DNA from: Tubulanus polymorphus
Lineage: Eukaryota; Animalia; Nemertea
Length of the DNA: 64,000 nucleotides
Reading direction: 5' to 3'
Assembly: GCF_964204645.1 (NCBI RefSeq)
Contig: NC_134028.1
Coordinates: 7,130,001-7,194,000, forward strand
The notes below the pieces were generated by a model, which worked only from the letters and a program-made list of their open reading frames with translations, was not told the DNA's origin and searched no databases. Below, piece by piece: positions 25,301 to 42,039 of the stretch; position 1 is the stretch's first letter, and each line of letters opens with the position of its first letter. The position numbers were made by a program, and so were the translations under genes.

Positions 25301-28271
25301 ATTAACGAAACTATGGATCAAAACGTCACGCGGAGAGCGTTGCTCGAGAAGTCTAAATACGCATTACTTACAGGGTTAGTCGAGATATATTGAGCTGGAA
25401 GTAACGTATAACGCGCCGTGTTGCTATCGCCGGTCGATAGAAGCGTCGCGCCGGGAGGAAGCGTGACTATCCCTCCGCCGCTCGGCGGTCGTATCTGAGC
25501 CGTCGTGACGAGCGTCGTTCCCGTCGACCGGACGACCGACGTGGTCGCCGGTAACAGAATACGCTGAGTGACCGGCTGAGACGACTGACCGGTGATCAAC
25601 CGAGCTGCGGCGATCTGTTAATGAGACTAAAGTACATTAGTTACGGTTAAAACAAGAAACGTTTCCACAAGGCGACCACTTTCATCTGTTTTGCTCCCCC
25701 CGACTATTCTCCAACTGTTTATCCAGATTTAACTAAGAATTCGATCATCAATTAATTAGACTGAAACTGTTCGACCAATGGCAGATAAAGGGGGGAGGGG
25801 GCACCTGGATGGATTCAAAATTTAAGTGTGCCCTCCAGTCAATAAATCCAAATGGGTCATGATGAGGGTCAGAAAAGTCCCCTTATGTCCTAATTTTTCT
25901 GTGGAGGGCCTCTAGAAGCCCACACCAATTGTCATCCTTGCAGGCTTCACATTGCCGAATCTTTCCCACTCAAATTTAGTGCCCGTTCCAATTTTCAGGT
26001 TCACCCCCTTCGAAGAATCCTAGATCCGCCCTTGTGGACTATGCACCCAATCTAACTATCTCAACAAATTTCCCTGACTTGATAATTTTTAGCTTTTCTA
26101 CAAAATATTTTCAAAACTATTTTTTCAAGAAAAGAAAATTCCCCGGCTTTTCCCCAATTTCCCAGTAAGTGACTACCCTGATTCCATTCATTGGGAATTC
26201 GCCGGAACTGAAAAGTTATCAATTTCGCCGTTTTCTATTACCTGCTGTTGAGTGACTGAATTCATCGCGACCGTCGCAATTTTCATCGGCGCGGATACCG
26301 GCGCGCCGGTAGCAGGCGCTATCTGTCGAACCTGGTTTATGCTAGCCATCGGTATCGTGGCTACCTTACCGCCTGAAAATAAAATGGAATTACGTCGTTT
26401 AATAATTGCACGAATAAATCGGCCTTTTTCACGGAAAACTCACAAAGCGAAGAGGGTAGAAGTTCGCAATTTAGCGCGAATGATAACTAGTCTCAACTGA
26501 TAAAAAGAATAGTAATTTATTAACTTTAACTGGTCGATGTTTCAAATAACCAGTCAATTGTTAGATTATGGGGTCGGGACTAGATGGTGCATAGCAACCG
26601 CGCCAGAATACATTTCACGGCATTCCAGGTTTAATTCCACCCGTTTCAAAATGAATCAGAATTCGTTTTCACCTCGGAGCTTGGTTTCATTCATTATTAA
26701 TCTATTTCAACTAAATTTGTGCTCAGTCACTTCTTGTTTTTTTTCTTCAATTTAAGACTATTACAATCAAAAACTTATAATCAACCGCTTCAAGCTTTCG
26801 AACTTGCATTTCGTTTATATATTTCTGGCCTGAAATCGTTAAATATCAAACATCATTCAAGATGTACCAACCTTGACTTTGCGTGCCGCTAGCAGGATTC
26901 GATACCAATCGTATATAATTGAATTTCGAGCCGGGTACTTGTATTTGCTGTACTGTATTGCCAGGTATAGGTATAGTTATCTGTTTAATGGTTCCACCCT
27001 GATTGATCGTCGATAACGGCTTCGACTGAAATCAGATCAATACAGATACATATACAAAGTAACGGCTGAATCCCCAAACATAAAATATTGATTACAACAG
27101 GGTCCCTACAGATCAGTCATTCCTTGAGATGAAGAGTTTTAAACACAAAAATTTCAAATTTTGAAGAAGCATCTGCATCACTTTCATATCCAACTATGGA
27201 CTCCTAAATCGGTTCTGTTTATCTCGATAAACCATAAATTCGGTGGTTTTGTAAAGCAAATTTTCATCCTTTACACTACCTAAACTTAAAGGCACTTTTT
27301 ACTCAAATTAAATGACTTTCTAGCACTTATAAAAGCATTTTCTGTTAAGGAGTTATTAAGGAATCAGGAGTCATAGGGACCCTGTACATTCTAGTGTCCT
27401 AGGTTTAACTGGGCAATGTTCTATACATAGTTTTCTCGACTCATCACCGTATAGGGCATAGCATGGTTTTAATACCACTGACTCATTCAAGTATAAAGGG
27501 TATTCCACTGACCAATCCCAATTATAAACCCTTGCACCAACCCAGAGAGGAAAACACTTTCACTGACCCAATAGTCAAACATTTCAAACTTACCAACTGA
27601 ACTATAGATTGTCGCGACTGTGTTTGCTGCGGAGGCTTTAACGCAATCGACCCGGTTCTGCTCGGCGATAACGTCAACATTTTACTACTGCTATCGGTGG
27701 CCACCGACGTCAGTACGGCTCCTTTCGGCAACACGGTCAACGCGCCCGACAGAATCTTCTGCGGCGACTTACCCGCCGAAACGGGAATCATTGTGATTTT
27801 CGTCGGCGTTTTCGACAACGGCAGTTTATTTTTCGGCAGGATGTTCTTCGGCGGAGTCGTCGTCGACGACATGAGGATCTTAGCCGGCGAGATTAGTCCT
27901 CCTTTCGATATCGTGATAGTTTTAGTCGGCGACGCCGCCGGTAGTCCGATCACGGCCGCCGTTTGACTAGTCGACCGTGGCAACGGTAAAACTTGCGGCG
28001 TAATCGGGATCGTCGGTTTTTTGACGATCACCTTCGTAACGTTCCTTTCCGCAGTGGGTGTTGTTTCGTTCGAACCGACGGTCGCCTCGTTGACGTCGTC
28101 GGCGCCCGATTTCGTTTGACCGGTCGCGGAATCGTCCGTCGCGTCCTCACCGACGCTTGCCGACGTCGACACGCCCTGTATTCGATCCAATTCGGCCTGG
28201 ATGTTCTGCAACGCGACCAGTTCGTTTTCCGCCGGCTGGGAGATGGCCCCCAGTGCCAGCGAACTCGTCAT
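22320..28271 (-). CDS. LIN54: Protein lin-54 homolog (MuvB/DREAM subunit, two CXC domains)
   Basis: Exons 27594-28349, 26872-27025 ([16 protein letters not shown]), 26242-26372, 25372-25614, 24931-25052, 24422-24502 ([15 protein letters not shown]), 23866-24011 ([22 protein letters not shown]), 23505-23599 ([21 protein letters not shown]), 22781-22968, 22474-22649 ([21 protein letters not shown]), 22320-22342 (AQSPMQQ*). The start codon is uncertain; 28271 is the first in-frame ATG in the large exon. Confidence 0.93.
24653..24754. mobile_element. PIF/Harbinger-like MITE
   Basis: CTG|GATCCAGTTCCACAGT...ACTGTGGAACTGGACC|CTG; half copy at ~14820-14848 and relatives at ~11230-11365, ~36118 and ~42230-42432. 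Confidence 0.7.
25776..26034. mobile_element. CAGGGGCGGATC-type non-autonomous DNA transposon
   Basis: CAATGGCAGAT...AGATCCGCCCTTG with flanks TCGAC/TGGAC. Confidence 0.6.
27098..27384. mobile_element. CAGGGTCCCTACA TIR family element
   Basis: CAGGGTCCCTACA...CATAGGGACCCTG with flanks TACAA/TACAT. Confidence 0.75.
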
Positions 28272-28392
28272 TTCTGACGACGCCACGTTGAGACGCTGCA
28301 ACACGGAATTCCCGAAAATCAACTCTCCGCGGATATTTCCTCGACAAATCTGCAAAAAAACATTGAAAATTATCCTAAAAATAATGGTAATA

Positions 28393-28670
28393 CGAGATGG
28401 CCACTTTCCATCAGTTACAAATCCCCCGAGTTTTCCCTGTTTTTTTGCATGTGGTTACACAACATTCCCCGAGCATTCCCTGAGTGACAAATGCTTAGAA
28501 TGTTACAATTCATTCACTTTTCATTGAATCACGCGCTGATTAAGAAATTTGGTCAATAGCATCATCCAAATTCTGGTTGTTGGTAAAATTTGTCAAATTC
28601 CTCGAGTTTTCCCAGAATCTTTTAACGATTCCCTGAGATTTCCAGGTTTTCCAGGTCAGTGGCCGCCCTC
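28393..28670. mobile_element. CAGGGTGGCCACT TIR family element
   Basis: Reverse-complement homolog of 45408-45695; flanks TAATA/TATTA. Confidence 0.7.
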
Positions 28671-29802
28671 TATTAGGATAGATATCATAAAGATGACAAT
28701 CAGAAGTAGGTCAATTAACAGTTTCCCTCGGTAGACAAGACCCTGCCGTGGTTCCACATGATAATACAATAGACAGGGTTAATACGTAGAAAAAGTCTTG
28801 ACGTAATCAGGTCTTTTTTTCACCCAGTCCTGGCAGTGTGGCTGTCTCTACGTTGCTCTACGATCCTGTGTAACCACTGTCTGTGGTACATCAGATCATT
28901 AATTAGGTCAAATCTCTTCCCACAAGGCTCAAGATACAAGGCTCGATTTATACAAATCTGTAGAGTATCATCACAGGATATGAGATCCGCAATTGTCAGT
29001 ATTCAGTTTCAAAGCTTTGGATACCAGTTTTGAATTTGCCTTTGATTTTATTTTGTAATCGAAAGCACAGGACGGAAAGAAAGAATGCATCACGGGCCGT
29101 CAGGAAAGTTTCATTTAATTCTTAGTATCCCAACTAAAAATGTAGTACCCTCAAAACGAAGCCATCCTGCCGAGGGGGAAAGGATAAAAAAGTCGTTGGC
29201 AGTGATTTTTGGCCCAGCCCTCCGGCCAATTAGAAAATGTAAATTTAGCAGGCAGGCTATCCCTATCGATTGCGCAGGTCAAATAATATTTGGTATTTTT
29301 CAGGAAAACATAAACAATTGAAAATCTTCCACAATAAAATCATTAACATGCCCAGTTTGTGACGACAAAACGTATTTGTACGACTATAAACGTTGTTTTT
29401 TTCTTCATTGTTTTGATTGACCCGCCATGGCGGCCATATTGGACGCGAAATTTGAATTCGAAGCATATAAACCGATAGCGGAAAATGAGCTAAACCGAAT
29501 CAAAACACGCTATATAAACTTATTCAACCCGAAGATCTAATTAGAATCTAGCATCCGAGTGAATTCTGGCGCTGAAAACGGCGCCCTAAAGAAAATAGAG
29601 CCGATAATCGGGTGGGGTTTTTCCGGACACGATCTTGGTAACGTAAAAATCGTTGATCACCTTTTTATGTCCGTAATCGACGGCGACGCCGGGATCAAAT
29701 ACTCGAATCTCGAATAAACACGTTGGATTATCAATCCGATGAGGTCATTTAAGAGGTTTTTAGTCGGGAACACCTTCAGATCACATTTGAATTTTAGATT
29801 TG

Positions 29803-29818
29803 TTCAAAATCACGCGCC
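29803..29818 (-). promoter_or_regulatory. Candidate CDE/CHR tandem element upstream of LIN54
   Basis: Minus strand GGCGCG-TGAT-TTTGAA: GC-rich CDE, 4-nt spacer, CHR consensus. CCAAT on the minus strand at 29842-29846. Confidence 0.5.
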
Positions 29819-30766
29819 CACCATTACATCCCATAATAGTAATTGGCTCCGCGAAGCTCGACAAATCGCAGATCCGCACTTAATACATAAATACGTAAAT
29901 TAGTTTGAAAATGAGAATAAAATGTCCATTAATAGTTTGGCAATTCAATAGATTGTGCTTTGAAATAAGATGAATTTTCTATTCTAAATGTTTCCCTCTT
30001 CAATTTATATAGGGCCTGCCTAAATAACTATACAGTGAAAATTTACACTTTCACTTTTACTTCGATGGAGTACCGGTACCCGATGCTATGAATAGCTGTT
30101 TTTAAGTGCAGGTTCACGTTTTAAACTATATGGATTTTTTTTCTACGTCAATTGATCAGTAGAATCGTTTGTTAACGAGGGTGCGGAGTTGTGTTTGATT
30201 TCACAAATAGGTTTTTTTAACACATTGATTTTGGAAAGGATTTTTTTTGTTGTAAAACTCATACCGGTATTGTTTTGAGAAAAACTTGAAAATGATATTA
30301 CCGATCCAATGTAAGTAATTTGAAAATTTTGAGAGTTTATAAATAATAACAAAAATGTAACGCCTTTGTTTTTTTCGATTGTACGGAAGTTTTGGCATAA
30401 AAATTGAAGTTAACATAAAAAAACCCGCGTAATGCACTCATGCATGCAGTTAAAGTCAGGCCGTACTGCGCGCACTTTTACCAGAAATTTGTTTACATAA
30501 CATCCCAATCCAGAGAATCATACGTTTTCTATGTTGTCGTCGATTTTGGGATTTCTCGATTTTTTTTAACATAAAAGTAAAAAATGACCTGTGAAAATGT
30601 GGAACCCGTCCTAACCCCGTGGTCAAACTGAGTGAAGAAGACGTGGCAAACTTCCCTTTATCATCGAATTTTAGAATTAGCATAACACCCATTTGATGAC
30701 TCACGGAGCCCCGTTCATCCCGGCCTCAGGTGAAACTTGTTTGTTTTTATTTTGAACTTCGAAAAA

Positions 30767-30767
<1 letters not shown>

Positions 30768-30797
<30 letters not shown>

Positions 30798-30825
30798 ACC
30801 TACTACACTACCACTACAACTACTA
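30768..30825 (+). repeat. (CTA)n microsatellite
   Basis: About 10 perfect CTA units followed by degenerate units. Confidence 0.9.
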
Positions 30826-31283
30826 ATATAATATTACACCACTTTAAATAGTCTAGTAGTAGAAGTCGGGGTCCCTTAGAATTGGGATTAGTCTACTAAT
30901 CACCTTATAATTGTTAATTGCCATAAAATAGGTATTAACTTATCAACAACGGCGCCTTACAAATCGACCCGCGTTAGTGTGATTACCCGGCCCGGCGTGC
31001 CAGATTATGACCGTTAAGTGCTGCCCCATTATATATTAGCGGTGAAAATGTGAAACAACTGGACCACGAAATATTCCCACTATAGCGCGCGAGTAATATT
31101 CACCGCAAACATTTCAATTCAATAAAGTCTATTTATCTTAAAACAAATCAGGTTTCTGGTGAAACAGAAGGGAAAAAGCAAGAAATAATTCATAAGTAAA
31201 CCATGATTAAGAAATTAAAAAAATATGAAGATAATTTAATAGGACTATTGACCAATCACAGCGAGTGGAATATTCAGTACAAA

Positions 31284-35888
<4,605 letters not shown>

Positions 35889-37697
35889 ACCGTGAAAGAT
35901 CGTGCTTTCAACGCGAAAAGATCATTCAAAGACTATATTCTGTTTTGCTTCTGGATGCATATGGCCGAAAGTCTTTAGCTTCGACGATGTGCTAAGATAA
36001 ACCTGTCTTGTAAAATAGGATTGCTGATATTTGTTGATTTACACGTGTAATAAATATATGTATATGTACCATATGTATTACCGTTGAAAATCAATGCTCA
36101 ATCTTGTGTCGCTCTCGATTCCAGTTCCACAGCTTTGTGGGATAAGATTAATTCAACTACGGATGAAGATAATGATTTCTGGGCCCTGGTCTCAAATTTA
36201 ATTCAGATTTGCAGTCCTCTGGTATCCCTTGTGGTAAACATTTGATGCGTACGTAAGATCCAAACCCCTTAACACGTTCGCTACCACCATATTTCCAGTT
36301 GCTACTACAAAACAAGTTATTTTGTAGTTGGCCATAGTGATAGTTCAGTCGGCCATAGTTAAAAATCGATCAATAAGTGTTGAGAATGAAGCAGAGATTA
36401 TTCGCATTGCCAGCCAATCGGGAACTGTGTCATTCCAATTGCCAGAGTGCAAATATCTTAACAGTGAATATGATCAGCTACAAGAGATTACTCATAGTGG
36501 CAACAGTCGCAGAACCGCAGACATCTTGTAGTTGGCAGCAAATAGTGGTAACTGTTAATCTGACATCAAGAAACAAGAAAGCGTATTTCAGAGAAAATTT
36601 TTTTTCGAAACGTGCACTACTACATTACACAAAAAACACTTATAAAATATATAAAATTCTTGATTAACTTGCTCGTACAAGATAAATGTAGCACCTCTAA
36701 ACTTCCTGATCCAGGAATTCGCTATCAAAATCAGTTCTTAATATAATGTATGGTAATAATTTATACTCGGGTAATATACGAAAGTTTTACTAATACTCAT
36801 CGAGTTTTTTGTAAATGAATGAAAATTTGTGACCCAGATGAAAATCAAATATTGTATTTCAAGTTTCGGAGTAACAAAAATAAATACGAGACAAAAGTCA
36901 TTAGAATTAGTACAACATATTGCATACATTTAAACGAGACCAAATACCCTTACTGACTCTACACTTCTTCTTTCTGGGGTAAATTAAATGCACCGTTCTT
37001 GTCTTTCAATGATTGCTCATTCGATAACAGAACACATATCCCAGCACAGAGTTCATTTAAACATAGGTAAAGATCAAGTCAGAATTTTAGGTATCGATCT
37101 GTTTCCCCTACAGACATTCAACACTATTTCAACATTCTTCCAAGCATATTTTTGTCATCATGTGCTCAAGAGACATATTTCTTTAATAACACGTAAAAGC
37201 AATTCCATCACTACATCTTCAGATAGCGGTCAACTAAGAATACATATGGTTTGATACTTGGCTTCACCTACTTATTTCTAATGCAGGAGACTAAAGAGTT
37301 CTACGGAGAGTACAACATTGCAGCACTATGTGTGTTATAGTAGAAAAGAAATGGATGAATAAATAAGAAAAGAATTCTAAAATACACAATGATTCATACC
37401 TGATTGGCACAGGTAAAAGAAAACTGTCTTGATTGACGAATGAAATTTTACTGTATTCACCCTAAAATACTGAATAGAACCAACAGAGTAAGGTATAAGG
37501 GGGACTGGAACTAGTCCACGGATGTAAATATTGTTGAGTCATTGATGACTGCAGAGTCAAATCAAACTCAATATCATGAAATGGTCCTCCTATAGATAAC
37601 TTCTCAGCAGTAGAAAACAGATTCGCAGCAAAGGGACAGAGGAAGATTCTAAAAGAAAAGGGGCTCGGAATGTTTAAAGCTGGTAGTAGTACGGTCA

Positions 37698-40600
37698 TCA
37701 TAGTTCTGTTTTCTTGGTGTCTGGCTTGCCGGTGTCGCCTTTCAATTTGCCCGTAACTTTTCCCTCAACTTCGTAAAGACAGTCTACAGAAAAACAGATG
37801 AATCTTATATGAGTAAGTGTACTTGACTGGATAAATAGGCTGCACGAACAGGGATTAAAGATAACCGGCAGATAAACGCCATAGTAACAACGAACTTTTA
37901 ATTGTTAATATGTCTCAACCATCCATCGGTTTTTACTCAAACGGGTTTTTATTGTTTCAAATGTAATACCAGATGATCTATTAAAGCATAGAATTCAAGT
38001 TCTATGATTAAAGGTTCACTTTGAACCAACGGTTATAACTATATCCTATAGAAAAGATACAACCATAATGAATATCAGTATTGTTTGTAACTTGATGTTA
38101 GCCTGGAGGAACGCATTTGAACTTGCTTTTTTGCATGGAATTAACGCGCCATACAAATTTTATTATCATTACTATCATTATTGCTTAGTGGAACGAACCT
38201 TTATTTGCATTGGTTTGTTTCAGGATACGTTTAGCGCACAGCCAGTCCGCTAAATCTTCATCCTGGTGGTGAAAGTACCATTCTTCAATTTCGTCTTCAT
38301 AATCGCCGACCATTGTATAACACTGAAGTAAAATGGAAAGAGAGAAACTACAAATGACGAATGTCACAGCAATGAGTCGACATGAAAAACAAAGAGAGCA
38401 ACTTTAATTGATAATTCTTCAGTGAAATATCATGTTTAAGTATATAAATATCAAACGCTTTGAGTCCTTTCTAAAAAAAGTTTAGGAGACTTTTAGCATA
38501 CCAACCTAGAACTATTGGAATCTAGAACAACAGAGAACTTTATAGCTTACGTGTTTTTGCATTTCCGTAACTTCGGCTGAAGGTGAATCCCACAAATCGT
38601 GGGGAATTCCTAAATCGACTTTAACGCCTTTATTTCTACAATAATAAACACACTGCACCACAACATTGAAAGCAAACATTACCGGTATTCGAGTTTGTTG
38701 GACTTGGTGATAAGGGTCGGGCATAGAATGCATTTGCGGTTTGTGAAAATAGCCTATTGTAATCTAACCATATTCTGGTTACCAGTAAACAATGCAATGT
38801 ATTTGCAATATTGAAAAAACCTTTTCGGAATATAAATCCTAGTGAAAGCTAGCTGAGAACATGTTGAAAGGTGTCTCAAGTAAAGAAATTCTTTTTCACA
38901 ACACAACTGTGGGACAGTGAAGTGCAATCAGTGTGATGGAAAATATGTATACACCTTCTACACTTCTGAATGTGGTAAATCATCAACAATTTTTTTCATC
39001 TGTGCCTCACATTATTGGTCAGTTCATACGAACAGTATGATTAACAAACATCTTAAGAGTAGTGTGTGTAGTAATGCTGAGTGATGGAGAACCAGTGCAG
39101 TGGAACTCGTGACCTGCCGGTGACCAGAGATTCCATTTACCATGAAATGATACCTTTTTCTGCATGAGAGTCACTTCTGCAGGAGGTTTATCCCATAAAT
39201 CATACGGTAAATCCATTTTCACATTAACGCCTTTATCGCTGATTTAAATTCATCATAAACGAATCATTTATCAGCAGATCATCGGGAAAAATTTCTGGAA
39301 AATTCTCGAAAAAGCTACTTACACTAAACCATGCAGAGTGCGCATGGTTTCACTTTGTCCCTTCGCGAAACGGAGACTGCCTTCTTTCTCTTTATGTACG
39401 TTGTACTGCAGAATTCGGTCGCAAATATGAGGATCGACGAGAGCTTCGGCTAAACGCAATTCACTGAAAAATTATGATAATGCCTACATGAATGCTCATA
39501 AGGAGTACTCACTGAAACTAATGCGGAAAATTTAGATCAACTTCATTAAAATCTCAAGTGGCTCAATAGTTAATCGCAGTTAAACGTTACCACCTCGCAT
39601 ATTAAGATTGAAGGGGGTCTAACCCTCGAGTGCAACTACACCGTGGTGCATCAATCGGTGCTGCACTTTACTAGTACATCGAACCGCGGTGTATTGATGT
39701 TATTACCGTAGTAATTAGTTTTTATCTCTATCAAAAGATGGCAGTATCTGTCAAACAATGTGAAATATTAGTAACTAACAATATATCGCACTGTGATGTG
39801 GATGCACAAAGCGGTATGCCTGCTATTCAACACACTGGGGTGGACATTTTTAAGATGTTCAAATTATCTCCAGCACTTTTGGGTATCAATTAGTGAGCAC
39901 TGTAAGAGCTAACACTATCACAATCTTACTAATGCCCGAATGTTCTAGGTTCTAGCCAAAGTCACATCCCTCATACGCTAGGAATTAATGTCAATGAGAT
40001 AACCTCATCTGGCATAACGGGACTGCTCACTCCCTATGACAAGTGTTTTAGTAATGATTATGAAACTGAGCCTGGAAACATTTTCGATAGTACGCCGTAC
40101 TTACGAAGTTCGATAGTCTATTTTCTTCTTGTTCATGTCGAGGTTATAACCGGTTTCGATAGTTTGTTTGTATTTGCCAGTTTCCCTCAACCGGTCCTGT
40201 AGTTCCGTCACTAAATACTTGCAAACTGCGAATGAAATCGAACCAAAAACAGTGTGAAATGAAATACAACGCGAAGTGTGAATATTACATTTGAAGACGT
40301 CTTCTCAGCAACTGACATTTTAGTCATGTGCTCATTTCTGCAATTTTTCCACGTAGCTTTATTGATGAGTGGGATGAAGATTGAATGAGATAAGGAATGG
40401 GTCGAGATAAGGTTTATTGGTGATAATACGGTATAGGCCTAGACTAGAAGTACAAGTAACTTATACACGTCCAGCATGCGTCGGATGAAATGATGAAACA
40501 TGGGCGAGCTAGAAATATTCGAAGGATATAGGGAGAGGAATTTTCATGGCTTTAGCCATGTCCCAAACTCGATGTTAGATATTCTTGAAGAATTACATAC

Positions 40601-40923
40601 GAAAACTTGCAATTTCCAAAAGTCAAGAGTGTCTAATTGGCAGATTTTAACGATCTCTTTCTAGATAAAAAGGGCAACCTGAGTGGGAAGACAGGGCAGG
40701 AGTCGGCTCATGGGATATGAGTATCAAATCAGTAACTACTGCGGCTCAAATTCAACCTGCTCGACATGCTCGAAAGCGAACAACAAAAAAAGTTGTCTAT
40801 CTTTTTTGTTGAATACATTCACTTACCTTCACATTTTGACGGTGGCTTCACCCAGTTGTCATCAGAGTTAACGTCGAATACCAAAATGGTGATAATTACT
40901 GAACTGATTATCAACTTATCCAT
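37698..40923 (-). CDS. CNPY3/CNPY4: Canopy homolog 3/4-type ER saposin-like protein, 217 aa, two isoforms
   Basis: Exons 40827-40923 (signal peptide, PPSKCE), 40105-40225 ([12 protein letters not shown]), 39323-39463 ([35 protein letters not shown]), alternative 39154-39238 or 38551-38635, 38199-38322 ([29 protein letters not shown]), 37698-37783 ending KTEL* (KDEL-like ER retention signal). Confidence 0.92.
38551..38635 (-). CDS. Canopy alternative exon 4b (CNPY4-like)
   Basis: 85 nt, tgtag|...|gtaagc, phase 2 to 0; [28 protein letters not shown]. Confidence 0.85.
39154..39238 (-). CDS. Canopy alternative exon 4a (CNPY3-like)
   Basis: 85 nt, atcag|...|gtatca, phase 2 to 0; [28 protein letters not shown]. 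Confidence 0.82.
39623..39910. mobile_element. piggyBac-like MITE family A copy (degenerate)
   Basis: CTAA|CCCTCGAGTGCAACTACACC...AAATTATCTCCAGCACT...GCACTGTAAGAGCTAA; same internal motifs as the other family A copies. Confidence 0.65.
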
Positions 40924-42039
40924 GACTAACACCCTTAAATGACTGCTGTCACAAAATGCACCCGAACTGTCAAACTGAAAACAAATCCGGAAGTACGTAT
41001 TACATACTCCAACTGACCTTGGAAATTGGTGCTACTAAATACCGACACCAAGACTAACCTTTGCTTTATTTTAACCAGAAATTAGCTAACGCAAGGGCCA
41101 ATAGTGTCGGGCTGATACCGATCAACATACATTTGACTTCTTCATATCATTTCTTATTGATTATCAAATTAGATAATATGTTAGATTTATACGCCCTATA
41201 TTTTGAATTAATAGACAGATTATTAGTCCATGCCAGCTAACCATAGTTTCTGATTACTTACCAGTCGATAGTGATTGCGATCGAGTCGTATCATCAATAC
41301 AGAAATTTTACAGATTTTTTTTCTCAAGTAATTTTTGATTTCTTCATTCTAATGTTTGCTGTTTTGAAGTTACATCGGCCCCTGATTGTATTGGTCCAAA
41401 AAGTGGCATGTGTGACCATCGATCTTTTAGAAATTATATTGTACCCCTCTTCCCTCGTGTTGTGTTCCATCCAAATGGCCTGCTGCTCACACAGGAGGGG
41501 CTCGTATTTGAAGAAGTTTGGGGGTGAACTGTAGCTTAGATCACCCAGTATCCCTGGTACTATATATATAAAAAGAAAAGATATTCAAAAAACTTCAAAA
41601 TCAAAAAACATCCACCTGCCACAGGAGGGTAGCACGTTACTGACTTAAGCAGGCACGTTGGACGCATCTTTTTATTGCTGCGGCCAAATACCGATTCTGG
41701 ACAAGCCCTAAATATTGCCATGGCGAGTTTACTTAATTTCTTCAAAAACGTGGTTTTCAAAGAAAAAAAGCGTAAATTATTTGTTGCACTTCCGAAGCCA
41801 CTGTTAAGTAAACCCCAAGCTTGATGATAATTGACTCCGAGCCTGCACTGGGGATAGTCACATTTGATACTGCATGGTCTCTATTAACACTAACCAACAA
41901 CTGCGCTGAGCAGATCCGCTTGAATGGAAGGGTTACAAGCCCACACAGTCACAGACCTAAACATTACTATATGTTATGTGTAAATGTTATTGAAGTTGTC
42001 TATCATTGATTTCTGCTTTAAGGAGATTGGAACGAGAAT

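Noticed and set aside
27697-28527. Several overlapping ORFs opposite or out of frame with the large LIN54 exon
   Set aside because: Explained by GC-rich codon usage of the real exon.
37695-37700. Selenocysteine or read-through at the canopy TGA
   Set aside because: Tandem TGA TGA follows a KTEL signal that must be C-terminal.
38928-38990. C/D-box snoRNA candidate (TGATGA...CTGA) in the canopy intron
   Set aside because: Imperfect C box context, short spacing, no terminal stem and no recognisable guide.
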